Source of the DNA: an uncultured bacterium
GTDB taxonomy: Bacteria; Patescibacteriota; Patescibacteriia; CAIQCM01
Assembly: GCA_963708045.1 (NCBI GenBank)
Contig: OY970181.1
Span: forward strand, 195,740 to 259,739
Reading direction: 5' to 3'
DNA length: 64,000 nt
Shown: positions 28,822 through 39,416 of the stretch, in pieces
Position numbering within the stretch: position 1 is the first letter of the stretch
Layout: each line of letters begins with the position of its first letter
The notes under the pieces: model-generated
Seen by the model: the letters and a program-made list of their open reading frames with translations, nothing else
The model's database searches: none
What the model was told of the DNA's origin: nothing
Translations under genes and position numbers: made by a program

Positions 28822-29886
28822 ATGGACACCAGCTTACTTATAATCATCTGCGTTCTCGTCGGCGTAATTATTTTTTTGAGTTTGCGCAGTCGTAAATCCG
28901 AAAATGGCGACGAGATCGCGAGCAAACTTGGCGACGTTAGAAAAGAACTTCAAGAAAGAATGGATCGGATTGACGACCAGTTGGACAAAAAACTTCAACA
29001 CTCGCATTCAACGATTCAGGAAAACTTTAAACAGACTTCAAAAATTATTTCCGACGTCACGGAAAAATTAGTTACCTTGGACAATACCAATAAACAGGTT
29101 TTGGATTTTTCTTCACAGTTGCAAAATTTGCAAAACATTTTAAAAAATCCAAAACAGCGCGGGGTACTTGGTGAGTACTGGTTGGAAACACTGCTCGCAA
29201 ACGTTTTGCCAAAAGACGGATACAAAATGCAATACGCAATGGGCGAGGATGAAAAAACCGGTAAGGCGCTAATTGCCGACGCGGTTATTTTTATTCGCGA
29301 TTTAATTATTCCGATTGACGCAAAATTTAGTTTGGAAAACTATAACCGGATGGCGGCAGAAAACGATCTTGCCAAACACGAAGAGTTGGAAAAACAATTT
29401 AAGGCCGACGTTAAAATTCGCATTGATGAAACTTCAAAATACATCCGCCCGGAAAAGGGGACAGCCAATTTTGCCTTTATGTTTATTCCTGCCGAAGGAG
29501 TTTATTACAACCTTTTGAATGCCGAGGTTGGTTCGGGAATTAGCAGCCGCGACTTGGTAAAATATTCCGCCGACAAACACGTGATGATTGTTTCGCCGAC
29601 TTCGTTTTATGCTTACCTGCAAACGGTTTTGCTCGGACTGCGCGAACTACAATTGGAAAAATCAACAACCGAAATTATTAAAAAGGTGGGAGAACTTGGA
29701 AAACACTTTGCGGTTTATTCCGACTATCATAAAAAATTGGGAATGAATTTGGGCACGGTCGTTAATCAATTTAATTTAGCGTCTGGCGAACTGCGCAAGG
29801 TTGGCAAAGATGTTTCAAAAATTTATTCCGGCGAAACCGGCGAAGTCTTGGATACCGAAGTTGTCATAAAGCCGCTTTTGGAATAA
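28822..29886 (+). CDS. rmuC: DNA recombination protein RmuC
   Basis: N-terminal TM and coiled coil; KQRGVLGEYWLE, ADAVI, IDAKF, FAFMFIPAEGVY. Confidence 0.9.
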   Translation: MDTSLLIIICVLVGVIIFLSLRSRKSENGDEIASKLGDVRKELQERMDRIDDQLDKKLQHSHSTIQENFKQTSKIISDVTEKLVTLDNTNKQVLDFSSQLQNLQNILKNPKQRGVLGEYWLETLLANVLPKDGYKMQYAMGEDEKTGKALIADAVIFIRDLIIPIDAKFSLENYNRMAAENDLAKHEELEKQFKADVKIRIDETSKYIRPEKGTANFAFMFIPAEGVYYNLLNAEVGSGISSRDLVKYSADKHVMIVSPTSFYAYLQTVLLGLRELQLEKSTTEIIKKVGELGKHFAVYSDYHKKLGMNLGTVVNQFNLASGELRKVGKDVSKIYSGETGEVLDTEVVIKPLLE

Positions 29887-29912
29887 TAAAAATGGCGGAA
29901 CTTCTAGTCCCC

Positions 29913-30036
29913 GGCGTCATCCCGAAGAGCGGTAGCGATGAGGGAACTCAACGTCTCTAAATCGTCTGCGAGATTCCTCGCCGAGCTGAGCTCGGCCGAG
30001 CCCTAGCCAGATCAACCTCACGGGCTCGGAATGACG
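29913..30036 (+). repeat. Family A REP/MITE-like element
   Basis: ggcgtcatcccgaagagc...gggctcggaatgacg. Confidence 0.85.
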
Positions 30037-30151
30037 GCTTTTTTAATAACCTCTTGTGGTAAAAAATGATAGAATGACTAACGTACAAACCCGTCAGGAT
30101 TAGACATTAGTCATTCGTTGTTTTTCCCATAAGCCATTTGCCACAAACTAC

Positions 30152-30658
30152 ATGCCAAACTCTCGTCGCGCTTTTACCTTAATTGAACTCCTTGTCGTGA
30201 TTGCAATCATTGGCTTATTGTCAACGATCGCGGTTGTTAGTTTGAGTTCGGCTCGTTCTCGGGGCAACGCCGCCAAAATGGCGGGCGATCTTCACGCGAT
30301 TAAGGTAGCTTTAGATATATATTTAAATACTAATGATACTTATCCGTGTTTTGATCATTTGTGGAGCGACACTTGGGAATCAACATGGTCAGCGCCAAAT
30401 ATTAAATGGCCAAAAACTCCCTATAATTCTCATTATCATTTTGAAGATAAAGTTGGTTGGGCAACAGACCCCTTCACATACTCAATCAGTTTAGAAAATA
30501 TTCCGCTTCGCGATGCGCAAGCCTTAGACAAACTGATAGACGACAATTCGTTGGGCACGGGCATGGTTCGTCAGACTACAGGCACCGACCCAATACGAGT
30601 TGAGTGGGGCGGAATTGACCAAAACCCTCCAACACCAAATCCTGAAACTTGCCCATAA
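30152..30658 (+). CDS. Type IV pilin / type II secretion pseudopilin
   Basis: RRAFTLIELLVVIAIIGLL N-methylation motif. Confidence 0.9.
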   Translation: MPNSRRAFTLIELLVVIAIIGLLSTIAVVSLSSARSRGNAAKMAGDLHAIKVALDIYLNTNDTYPCFDHLWSDTWESTWSAPNIKWPKTPYNSHYHFEDKVGWATDPFTYSISLENIPLRDAQALDKLIDDNSLGTGMVRQTTGTDPIRVEWGGIDQNPPTPNPETCP

Positions 30659-30698
30659 AATATATCTTTAAAAAACGTGGTTATAAACACAAGCATTA

Positions 30699-31226
30699 AT
30701 GTCTCGTCGCGCTTTTACTTTAATTGAACTCCTGGTTGTCATTGCGATTATTGGCCTTCTTAGCACGATCGCGGTTGTGTCATTGAGTTCAACGCGAGTA
30801 AATGCGCGCAATACGCAGCGCAAAGCCAACCTCGTGCAAATTTCAAAAGCATTGGAATTGTATTATGCCGACAACGGCTCATATCCTGATTCAGGTGGTG
30901 TAGGACATGGCGTTTGTAACTATGCTACTGGTTCCCGCCCGGATACAGGTTCTGGTGCGTGGATTCCTAACTTTTCTAATTACATGACACAATTGCCGCA
31001 CGATCCAAACACGAATCAAACCAATCCGAGTAGCGGCAATGGCACGTGTCAAACGGTGGGGTCATTCAATTGCTATATTTATCAATCAAATGGAATCGAC
31101 TATAAACTTTTGGCCCACTGTACGCCCGAGGGCCCTTTAAGCACGACTGATCCTTTTTACGACCCCCTTCGCCCCACATGGGCTTGGCAAATCACGAACA
31201 ACCCTACCGTCACAAGCGGTTGGTAA
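30699..31226 (+). CDS. Type IV pilin / GspG-like pseudopilin
   Basis: AFTLIELLVVIAIIGLL; ALELYYADNGSYP; LPHDP. Confidence 0.9.
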   Translation: MSRRAFTLIELLVVIAIIGLLSTIAVVSLSSTRVNARNTQRKANLVQISKALELYYADNGSYPDSGGVGHGVCNYATGSRPDTGSGAWIPNFSNYMTQLPHDPNTNQTNPSSGNGTCQTVGSFNCYIYQSNGIDYKLLAHCTPEGPLSTTDPFYDPLRPTWAWQITNNPTVTSGW

Positions 31227-31229
31227 TTT

Positions 31230-31800
31230 ATGCAAAGAAATGCCTTCACGCTTATTGAACTTCTTGTCGTGATTGCGATCATTGGACTACTTAGCACGAT
31301 CGCGGTAGTTAGTTTGAGCACAACAAGAATGAACGCGCGCAACACGCAGCGCAAAGCAAATCTTGTTCAAGTTTCAAAATCACTAGAACTATATTATTCT
31401 GATTTTGGAAAATATCCAGATACAAGCGGTGCAATGTACGGAAACTGTACCGGCGCCGGCGGTTCAACCCGATGTTGACACTCTTAACGCCAGCCCAACA
31501 AATTGCAATGATATACTTACGCCTTCGTGGATTCCCGGACTTGTGTCCTGTGGTTATATAACCAAACTTCCTCGCGACCCAAATACCGAAAAAAGTAACC
31601 CTAATAGCGCTTCTCTCTCTTGCCAAACAACACCCGCAAGTAATTGTTTTCGTTATCATTCAAACGGGACCGACTACAAACTACTTGCCGTTTGTACACC
31701 CGAAGGGACGCTTAGCGCCTCCGACCCATTCTATGATCCACCAAGACCAACCTACACTTGGCAAATTACGAACAATCTAGGTGTAACAAGTGCTTGGTAG
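31230..31800 (+). pseudogene. Third pilin paralog, split by a frameshift near 31465
   Basis: The N-terminal pilin ORF stops at 31478. The C-terminal half paralogous to 30699-31226 (WIP, LPRDPN, SNGTDYKLL, DPFYDP, WQITNN) is in another frame; span is 571 nt (3n+1). Confidence 0.75.
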
Positions 31801-31933
31801 ACAAAGTTCTTGAGTAAAAGAAATTGACACAACTAAGCCGATATTGTAATCTTCACTTCTAACTGATATCTATTGATTCGCTCTCAATTCATTAGATACT
31901 AGTCATTAAACATTAGATATTAATTATAAAAAC

Positions 31934-32200
31934 ATGGCTATCAAACACGCCGCCGCAAAGGCGATCCGCAAGTCGGCAAAAAATCACGCCTTTAACATTA
32001 AGACGCGATCGGAATTTAAAAAACTAGTTAAGGAAGCACGCAAGCTCATTACTGCCGGTTCTGCCGACGCCAAAAAAGCCGTCGCCGCCGCCGTCAAATC
32101 TTTGGACAAATCGTCCCGAAAAGGCGTAATTGCAAAAAACACCGCCGCCCGATTAAAATCACGGCTCATGAAGGCGTTGAATAAAATTGCAAAGAAATAA
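31934..32200 (+). CDS. rpsT: 30S ribosomal protein S20
   Basis: MAIKHAAAKAIRKS...KGVIAKNTAARLKSRL. Confidence 0.96.
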   Translation: MAIKHAAAKAIRKSAKNHAFNIKTRSEFKKLVKEARKLITAGSADAKKAVAAAVKSLDKSSRKGVIAKNTAARLKSRLMKALNKIAKK

Positions 32201-32337
32201 TTTCTATAAATAAAAACACTCCGAGTATTTCTCGGAGTGTTTTTTAATTTCACCAAAACCCTCACCCCAACTCCGCTTAAGCTCCGCTGGGCAAGCCGGC
32301 CTTCGGCCACCCTCACCCATTTTTGGGAAAGAGTTAT

Positions 32338-33300
32338 TTATCGTCCCGCAAGGACGGCGCGCGCGACAATGAGATCAAGAGCAACGCGCGGTGTTGGAAC
32401 AAGGCCGGATTTTATTTTTCGGTCAGCATCCAAAAGCGCAAAGTGCAAATTTTTTAAAATACTCATTTCAAAACCGCGTGCTTGCGCCAGCGATTTTTTT
32501 ACAGCAAACGGATGCGCGCCGATTTCGTTAGTTGCGGCGTCTGTTCCCAAACCGCGTTCCAAACAATCTTTCGCCTGAATAAGCAAACGTACCGAACGCG
32601 CGAGCATCGCTAAAATCTGCATCGGCTCCACGCCGGCGTTGATTTGATTTTCCAAAAGCTCGGCGGCGCAAGAACTGTTTTTTGTCGCGACCGCGTCCAA
32701 AAATCCAAACATATCTTCTTCGGGTTCGCCGAGCACCATTTCATAAACATCGTTCGCCTCAATCCGCCGTCCTGTTGCATACGCCGCAAGTTTGGCGACT
32801 TCGTTATACGTTCGCGCTGAATCGTTTTTAACAATCTGCGCGAGCGCGGCGACCGCTGGCGCGGAAAAGTCTGCGTTCAAACGCTTGGCTTCGGACAAAA
32901 TAAAGGCGGATGTTTCCAATTCGGTAAGCGGCGAAAATTCCCAATGATATTTGTCGGTAATAAGCAGGGGATAGAGCAGACTTTTTTTGCAGGCCGCCGC
33001 GTCAATTGTTTCATAAAAAACCGCGGTTGTTGACGACGGCATTTTTCCAAGAATATAAACCATCTGTTCTTGCTCGTCTTTGCCGCGACCGAGCATTCCG
33101 CTTATGACAACCATTCGTTTGTTTCCCAAAAACGCCGACGAAAGCATTGCCCGGCTTATTTCTTCAAGCGATGTTTTGCCTGCCTCAAGAATAGCGGTGT
33201 TAAAACCCGTCTTATCTTCGCGATTTCTAAAATTATCAACAATTTCATTTAATTTTTTCCGCGACCGAAACGCGTCCTTACCATAAAGGAAGATGATCAT
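32338..33300 (-). CDS. holA: DNA polymerase III delta subunit
   Basis: MIIFLYGKD...NEVAKL...HPFAVKK...DADRKIKSG; adjacent to rpsT. Confidence 0.9.
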   Translation of the reverse strand: MIIFLYGKDAFRSRKKLNEIVDNFRNREDKTGFNTAILEAGKTSLEEISRAMLSSAFLGNKRMVVISGMLGRGKDEQEQMVYILGKMPSSTTAVFYETIDAAACKKSLLYPLLITDKYHWEFSPLTELETSAFILSEAKRLNADFSAPAVAALAQIVKNDSARTYNEVAKLAAYATGRRIEANDVYEMVLGEPEEDMFGFLDAVATKNSSCAAELLENQINAGVEPMQILAMLARSVRLLIQAKDCLERGLGTDAATNEIGAHPFAVKKSLAQARGFEMSILKNLHFALLDADRKIKSGLVPTPRVALDLIVARAVLAGR

Positions 33301-33411
33301 AGGTGTGTGTATTTTAAACAGTCTAACGCGATTACGCAACAATATTGACATTTTGCCAATTTTATGCTATATTTAGTCGTCCGAGTAACCCAGAAACCCA
33401 GGAGTATCCAG

Positions 33412-33711
33412 ATGTATGACCGTTCTTTTTCAGAGTTCGCTCGTCACTACCTCAAGCAAATCGTCGCCTACCTTGTCGTCCTTGCGGGGCTAATCGTCTT
33501 CCGCAACTCCGAGGCGATCGCGGCCTGCGATACTCACATCTTTGTGGGCACGCTTACACTCGGCGTTGTTGCAGTGGCGAATCTCCATAAACTACTTGCA
33601 ACACGATGGTTTGACAGAATCATTGACTCTATCACCGACCGACTCAAGTCCCTATTCAGCGAATACGATCACCGGGAAGCTATGATCGACGAAGCCATTA
33701 ACCGGGGCTAA
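33412..33711 (+). CDS. Hypothetical small membrane protein
   Basis: Two hydrophobic segments; GGAG SD before ATG 33412. Confidence 0.55.
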   Translation: MYDRSFSEFARHYLKQIVAYLVVLAGLIVFRNSEAIAACDTHIFVGTLTLGVVAVANLHKLLATRWFDRIIDSITDRLKSLFSEYDHREAMIDEAINRG

Positions 33712-33862
33712 CGAGCGCCGAATTTGCCCAGGGTTCGCCTGAGCAAAACAAAGAGCCAAACACTTCAGGTGCGCGGCTCTTTTTAAATATCAAGATAATA
33801 AAAATTTCAAAACCCACCAGCGGTCGTTAGACATGGTGGGTTTGCGCGGTTTCCTGGGTCGT

Positions 33863-34279
33863 TTACTCTATAAACGTTTGAGTTGTGGAGATAGCCACCC
33901 GGCCTTCATCATCCAAAAAACAACGAAAGTTCCAGTGCGGTGAGTCTGCGTTGATACGGCGACCGGTTTTGTCCAAAAGAACAACCTCAACGTTGGCAGA
34001 CTTCCACTCGCCGCCACCACTCATGCAACTCACTGCGCAGTTGACGCGGACATAGTTCCCCGACGCGATGAGGATCCGAAACACGATCATGCGCTCAAAC
34101 ATAAGCCCGCGCTCAATAGGATTCTTGATAACCATGTCCATCTGCGCCCACAATCCACAAAGGCGGACGTTCGTCGTCGGTTGACAGAGGCACGCCCGCA
34201 CGACTTCGGTTGCGAAACAAACTGCTTTGCCTTGAGAAACCCTGATCTCCTTTTTCGTCCTTTGACACTTCATCGTCAT
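33863..34279 (-). CDS. Hypothetical protein
   Basis: ORF with GGGAGG SD before ATG 34279. Confidence 0.5.
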   Translation of the reverse strand: MTMKCQRTKKEIRVSQGKAVCFATEVVRACLCQPTTNVRLCGLWAQMDMVIKNPIERGLMFERMIVFRILIASGNYVRVNCAVSCMSGGGEWKSANVEVVLLDKTGRRINADSPHWNFRCFLDDEGRVAISTTQTFIE

Positions 34280-34481
34280 CCTCCCGTCAAGGGATTTGCT
34301 TGGAGTTTTCTCCAAACAGCTACCGTCTCGGTGGCGATTTAGCAAGAAAAAATTCTTACCAAGTCGCCGCCGAGACAAATATTTAATGAACGATTTTGAC
34401 CAATAAATATATCATTTTTTGCCAATTTTGTCAATCATCAAAAACCCGCGCCAAGCGCGGGTTTTTCTTTTATTTTAAAGC

Positions 34482-34585
34482 CGTCATTCCGAGCCCATGA
34501 GGTCGGTCTGGCCAAGGCGAGGGATCTCGCAGGCGACTTAGAGACGTTGAGTTCCCTCATCGCTCCCGCTCTTCGGGATGACGCC
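34482..34585 (-). repeat. Family A REP/MITE-like element (reverse orientation)
   Basis: gtcattccgagccc...ttgagttccctcatcgct...cgggatgacgcc. Confidence 0.85.
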
Positions 34586-34598
34586 CGAGGATTAGACA

Positions 34599-37433
34599 TT
34601 AGATATTCGGTTCATCATGTTTCTCCTCCGCATTCTCCAACTCTCCCCAACTCCGGCCAACGCGAATATCAACTTTAACCGGCACGCGTAATTTAATCGC
34701 GCTTTCCATTTTTTCACGAATAAGCGGAAGAATAATTGCCGCCATCCCGTGCTTTACTTCAAAAACTAATTCGTCGTGAACTTGTAAAATCATTTTCGCG
34801 CCAGCATCAGGTTGAAGCCCCCAGCGCTCGGCGATAATTTTATTAAGTTCAATCATCGCGAGCTTAATTGCGTCAGCGTTGGTTCCTTGAATTGGCGCGT
34901 TTACCGCCATCCGTTCGCCCGCGGCACGAAGGTAGGGGATGTTTGATTTTAATTCCGGCAAATAACGGCGGCGGCCAAAAATTGTTTCAATGTACCCTTG
35001 CGCGTAAGCGAGCGTTTTGGTGTTGTCCAAATATTCGCGCACTTTGGGAAAGGTTAAAAAATATTTTTCAATAAAGGCGCGCGCCTCGGTGCGGGGAATG
35101 CCGGCCGATTCCGCAAGCGCGTTTTCGCCCATACCATAGGCAATGCCAAAGTTGATCGCCTTAGCCGCCGAGCGTTGCTCCTTAGTAACTTTAGGGAGTG
35201 GCACGCCCCAGACTTCGGACGCCGTGCGCCGATGAATATCTTCGCCATTTTGAAAAGCGGCAGTCAGCGCCGGATCTTCCGAAAGGTGCGCGAGGATGCG
35301 CAATTCTATTTGCGAATAGTCGGCAACAATTAACTCGCTCCCGGCGGGCGCAACAAAAGCCTTTCGTATTTCGCGACCAAGCTCGGTTCTAATAGGAATA
35401 TTCTGCAAATTCGGGTCAGACGACGACAAGCGACCGGTGGCCGTAACCGTTTGGTTAAAAGTCGTGTGCACGCGATGCGTGTCTTGCCGCACCAACTTTG
35501 GCAAAGCGTCTACATAGGTAGAAACCAATTTCGCGAGTTCGCGATGTTCCAAAATAAGCGGCACAATTGGGTGGGCGTCTTTTAGTTTTTCCAATTCATC
35601 GGCCGAGGTTGAATAGCGCGAGCCGCCAGCGGTTTTGCGCACCCGGGCGTTTTGCTGAATTTGTAATTTTTCAAACAAAACTTCGGCCAGCTGTTTGGGC
35701 GAATTTACGTTGACTTCGTCGCCGGCGTATTTTTTTATCTCAAGTTCAAGCTCGCCAATCCGCGCCGTGAGTTTAACACTTAGTGTTTCCAAAAATTTTG
35801 AATCCAGATCTACCCCGTGTCGCTCCATTCCAGCAAGGACTGGCGCGAGCGGCAATTCAAACTTTTCTAAAATATGGATCAAATTTTCTTTTTGCAAACG
35901 TTCAGCTAGCTTTGGCGCCACGTCCCAAATCGCTTGCGCTTCGGCCGCATCGTGGGCATAACTGTCCGACGGCATTGGGAGGAGCGAAGCCTGCACCTTA
36001 GGGAGTTCGCGGCTAAGTTCGGAAAACGCGAGCGCTTCTATTTCGTGCGCTCGCGTTCCCGGATTTAAAACATACGACGCAAGCATCGTGTCAAAAACAA
36101 TGCCGCGCACGTCCATTCCGAGCGTGCCAAAAATTTCTATGTCCGTTTTGGCGTTATGGCAAATCTTTTTTGTTTCGTCCGAAGCCAGCCAGCTTGCTAA
36201 TTTTTTTAGATTTTCTTTTGTCGCCGGCACAATGTAAACCAAATCGGTCCAAGCAAAAACAATCGTTTCCAGTTTTCCATCCAAAAAGTAGCCATTATAA
36301 AAAGTCCGCATCGCCACTTTTTCCTGTTCCTTTAATTCTTTAACCAGCTCCACCATTTCGTTGTCTGTGGTGACTATAGAATAACCGCCGCCTTTTTTCC
36401 CTCCCTTAAGGTAAGGGAGGGGAGGGTGGGTTATGAGCGCCGCTTTTTTCTTTAAAGCAGTTTTCAATGCGCCATTGTCACTTTGAGCTTCCTCACTTCC
36501 ATTCAAAATAACGCCAGCCGCCTTTGGGAACGTTTCAACCACCCGCGGCATCAAGCTTTTAAAATCCAAATCCGCGAGCGCGGCAATAAGATCCAAATGA
36601 TCCGGTTCAACCAAACGCGCCGCGTCTAAATCAAAGTCAACGTCCACGTCGGAAACAAGTTTTACCAAACTCTTTGCTTCAAGCGCGTCATTTTTAAATT
36701 CTATTAAATTCGCTTTTTGTTTTTTGGGAATCGTTTTTGCTTTTTCGGAATCGTTTTCAATTTCTTTATACAAATTTTCCAAGGTGCCATAAGCCCCAAG
36801 CAAGGTAGCCGCGCCAACTTCGCCAATGCCGCGCACGCCAGGGATATTGTCACTTGGGTCGCCGCGCAAAGCTTTATAGTCAATCATTTGCTCGGGCTTT
36901 AAACCAAAGCGCGCGATCACTGCCGCCGGGTCGTACATGAGCGTGTCTTTAATCCCTTTTCCCGGCGTGAGCACCGAGGTTGTTTCGTCAATCAGTTGAA
37001 ACGTGTCTTTGTCGCCCGTAAGAATAACGCGCGATAAATTTTTTTTATTTTTTGTTTTAACGCACAGCGTGGCAATAATGTCGTCAGCCTCAAAACCAGC
37101 TTTTGATAAAGTCGGAATTTTTAAAACTTTTAGAATATCTTGCACGATCGGAATTTGCGTATAGAGATCGTCTGGTTTTTTTTCGCGCTGCGCTTTGTAT
37201 TTGGCAAACGCTTTGTGGCGAAAAGTTTGTTCTTTGCGGTCAAAAGCCACGGCAATATATTCTGGGTGTGTGTCTTTAATCGCTTTTAATAATATGGAAA
37301 TAAATCCGTAGACAGCATTAACCACGCGGCCGTCTTTGGTCTGGAGCGGCGGCACGGCATGAAAAGCGCGATGAATAAGCGCGAGCGCGTCAACGATTAA
37401 AAAAACTTCGGTTTTTTGTTGTTTGTCAGTCAT
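34599..37433 (-). CDS. polA: DNA polymerase I
   Basis: 5'-3' exo N-terminus (HRAFHA, EADD, GDPSDNIPGV); TATGRLSS, DYSQIELR, KAINFG, QVHDEL. Confidence 0.98.
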   Translation of the reverse strand: MTDKQQKTEVFLIVDALALIHRAFHAVPPLQTKDGRVVNAVYGFISILLKAIKDTHPEYIAVAFDRKEQTFRHKAFAKYKAQREKKPDDLYTQIPIVQDILKVLKIPTLSKAGFEADDIIATLCVKTKNKKNLSRVILTGDKDTFQLIDETTSVLTPGKGIKDTLMYDPAAVIARFGLKPEQMIDYKALRGDPSDNIPGVRGIGEVGAATLLGAYGTLENLYKEIENDSEKAKTIPKKQKANLIEFKNDALEAKSLVKLVSDVDVDFDLDAARLVEPDHLDLIAALADLDFKSLMPRVVETFPKAAGVILNGSEEAQSDNGALKTALKKKAALITHPPLPYLKGGKKGGGYSIVTTDNEMVELVKELKEQEKVAMRTFYNGYFLDGKLETIVFAWTDLVYIVPATKENLKKLASWLASDETKKICHNAKTDIEIFGTLGMDVRGIVFDTMLASYVLNPGTRAHEIEALAFSELSRELPKVQASLLPMPSDSYAHDAAEAQAIWDVAPKLAERLQKENLIHILEKFELPLAPVLAGMERHGVDLDSKFLETLSVKLTARIGELELEIKKYAGDEVNVNSPKQLAEVLFEKLQIQQNARVRKTAGGSRYSTSADELEKLKDAHPIVPLILEHRELAKLVSTYVDALPKLVRQDTHRVHTTFNQTVTATGRLSSSDPNLQNIPIRTELGREIRKAFVAPAGSELIVADYSQIELRILAHLSEDPALTAAFQNGEDIHRRTASEVWGVPLPKVTKEQRSAAKAINFGIAYGMGENALAESAGIPRTEARAFIEKYFLTFPKVREYLDNTKTLAYAQGYIETIFGRRRYLPELKSNIPYLRAAGERMAVNAPIQGTNADAIKLAMIELNKIIAERWGLQPDAGAKMILQVHDELVFEVKHGMAAIILPLIREKMESAIKLRVPVKVDIRVGRSWGELENAEEKHDEPNI

Positions 37434-37533
37434 ATTTAAAGCTTACATTATCCCGCCCGGCATTGCGAGCCACCCCTTGAAAAAACTTTAATAATATACT
37501 AAGTTGTTTTAATAAACACTTAAACATAAATAT

Positions 37534-37725
37534 ATGGCTACCATTACCGCTATCGCCATTGCCGCTTTTGCCTGGATGCTCACCATTCTGATTCTTTTTT
37601 TACTGTTTTTCCACGAAGTAATTGAAGGTAGCGAGGGCAATATGGCCGTTAGTTTTATGCTACAAGCCGCGGTGCCGGTCGCCGTTTTTTGGTTTATGAC
37701 CCACCGCGTCGCAACGGGTTTTTAA
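37534..37725 (+). CDS. Small two-TM membrane protein
   Basis: 63 aa hydrophobic ORF with an upstream promoter-like sequence. Confidence 0.5.
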   Translation: MATITAIAIAAFAWMLTILILFLLFFHEVIEGSEGNMAVSFMLQAAVPVAVFWFMTHRVATGF

Positions 37726-38058
37726 CTTTAAAAAAATTAGCGGAATAGAAAAAACGGCCAGAGCACATCTGACCGTGTTTTTCGAGGAGAGCGAGCGGCA
37801 CTCGTATAGATTAGGTGGGTAGGAGTGCGCTTTTAAAAAAGAACAAAGAAGGATTGGAGGCGTCTGACGGTAAGAGCGACATAGGAGGTGAGGGGAGGGA
37901 AAGGTAGGGAAACGCCCCTCTGAACAGTGACCGAACGGTGGTACCATTTTTCGCTCCAAATCGTCAGACGCCATAACCACCATAACACTATTCCTAAAAA
38001 AGCAAAACCCCCAAGCGATGTCGTGTCGCAAGGGGGGTTACGCGAAGAAAGGTACTTA

Positions 38059-38916
38059 CTATTGTGAAATCGTGGCGGGTGTAGTTGGAAAATACCGTAA
38101 AGAGGATCCGCCAATCCAATCACCGGAAATCAGAGAACACAGATCGGAGCAGTCCGACCACAAGAAGTAATTGAACGGGTGTGAATCAATCATTCCTCTT
38201 GTAGAGTCAAATGGGTCAGCTTGGATATTGCTAGTGACTGTTGACCCCGGATGACCGCCAGAAAACGTTGCCCTAAGATCAAACACCTTTGTGGTACCAG
38301 CCGAGATTATAATCATGTTGTCGGCGGTTACGACAATATCCAAAGATCCTGCAGGATTCTTAATCGCGCCCGTCTCAAGGTCAACACCCCACGTTCCGCC
38401 CGGCACACCGATTGATACAGGGTACGTTGGCGATCCGTTCACAAAAAGTCGTGCGTTGCCAATACTACCTACTTCCCAGAACATAGACGTCACCGTGAAC
38501 CGCTTCAAGGCAATATCTCCAGAAGAAGGAGCGCTGACGGAGAATTTGTAGAACGTTTGTTCTCCGTTTATATACTGGCCGGAGGTGGCAATGGTTGCGA
38601 CCATTGGGTGAATCAGATCAATGACCGTGTCGCTATTTGCAACAAACGAATCGGTTGTTGCCTGACTATCAGGGAGAGAAACCGAATCACTTGCAATCAT
38701 AGTGTCCGCAATCACGGACGCGGTGTCGGGCAACTGACGAACGTCAACCGCTATCTGGGTGTCCGCCGGCAGCGTATCTGGCGGCACCGACGCGTCGCGC
38801 GGGTGTATTGGATCAGGATTTTCCGCGCCGCACCTATCCAACAGGTGAAGCAGGCGAACATCGCACCCGGACAAACCGAGCAAACCGAGAACAAGAGCAA
38901 TGGTAACTGTTTTCAT
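38059..38916 (-). CDS. Hypothetical lipoprotein with low-complexity D/T/P linker and beta-sandwich domain
   Basis: MKTVTIALVLGLLGLSGC lipobox. Confidence 0.65.
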   Translation of the reverse strand: MKTVTIALVLGLLGLSGCDVRLLHLLDRCGAENPDPIHPRDASVPPDTLPADTQIAVDVRQLPDTASVIADTMIASDSVSLPDSQATTDSFVANSDTVIDLIHPMVATIATSGQYINGEQTFYKFSVSAPSSGDIALKRFTVTSMFWEVGSIGNARLFVNGSPTYPVSIGVPGGTWGVDLETGAIKNPAGSLDIVVTADNMIIISAGTTKVFDLRATFSGGHPGSTVTSNIQADPFDSTRGMIDSHPFNYFLWSDCSDLCSLISGDWIGGSSLRYFPTTPATISQ

Positions 38917-39416
38917 GAAACAATCCTTCCTCTGGGTTTTAACGATCCGAAGTTTGTAAGAGAACATTTTGTTCCCAAGAAACAAATGTCTTGCAAAAAG
39001 AGTCTTAAAACACGCATTTCTAGAGAACAAACTAAATAATAATATAGCACGAAATAGCGATTTTGTCAATCATTATAATATCAAAATACGCTTCCCAGCG
39101 AGGAAGCGCATTTGTGTGAGGATCGCTGAATTTACTAAAGAACAAAAAATAACGTGCTTGGCGAACCTGATACCGTTTTTGGTTTCGTCGGATTACCGAC
39201 AAATGAGCGCAAACCGGAGAAACGCTCCAGCCAGCCATCCGATGGATCCAGGAGAATAATCTCCTGCCGCCCCGCGCCTCGAGCGGAGCAGACGACGTCG
39301 TCGTCCGCCAAGCACGTTTTTACCCTAACACAATTAAAATATCTCGCCAAACAAAAAACTCCGTATCTTGTCGGAGTTTTTTAGGCAATAATTATATGGT
39401 AATATAGAATACTGAT

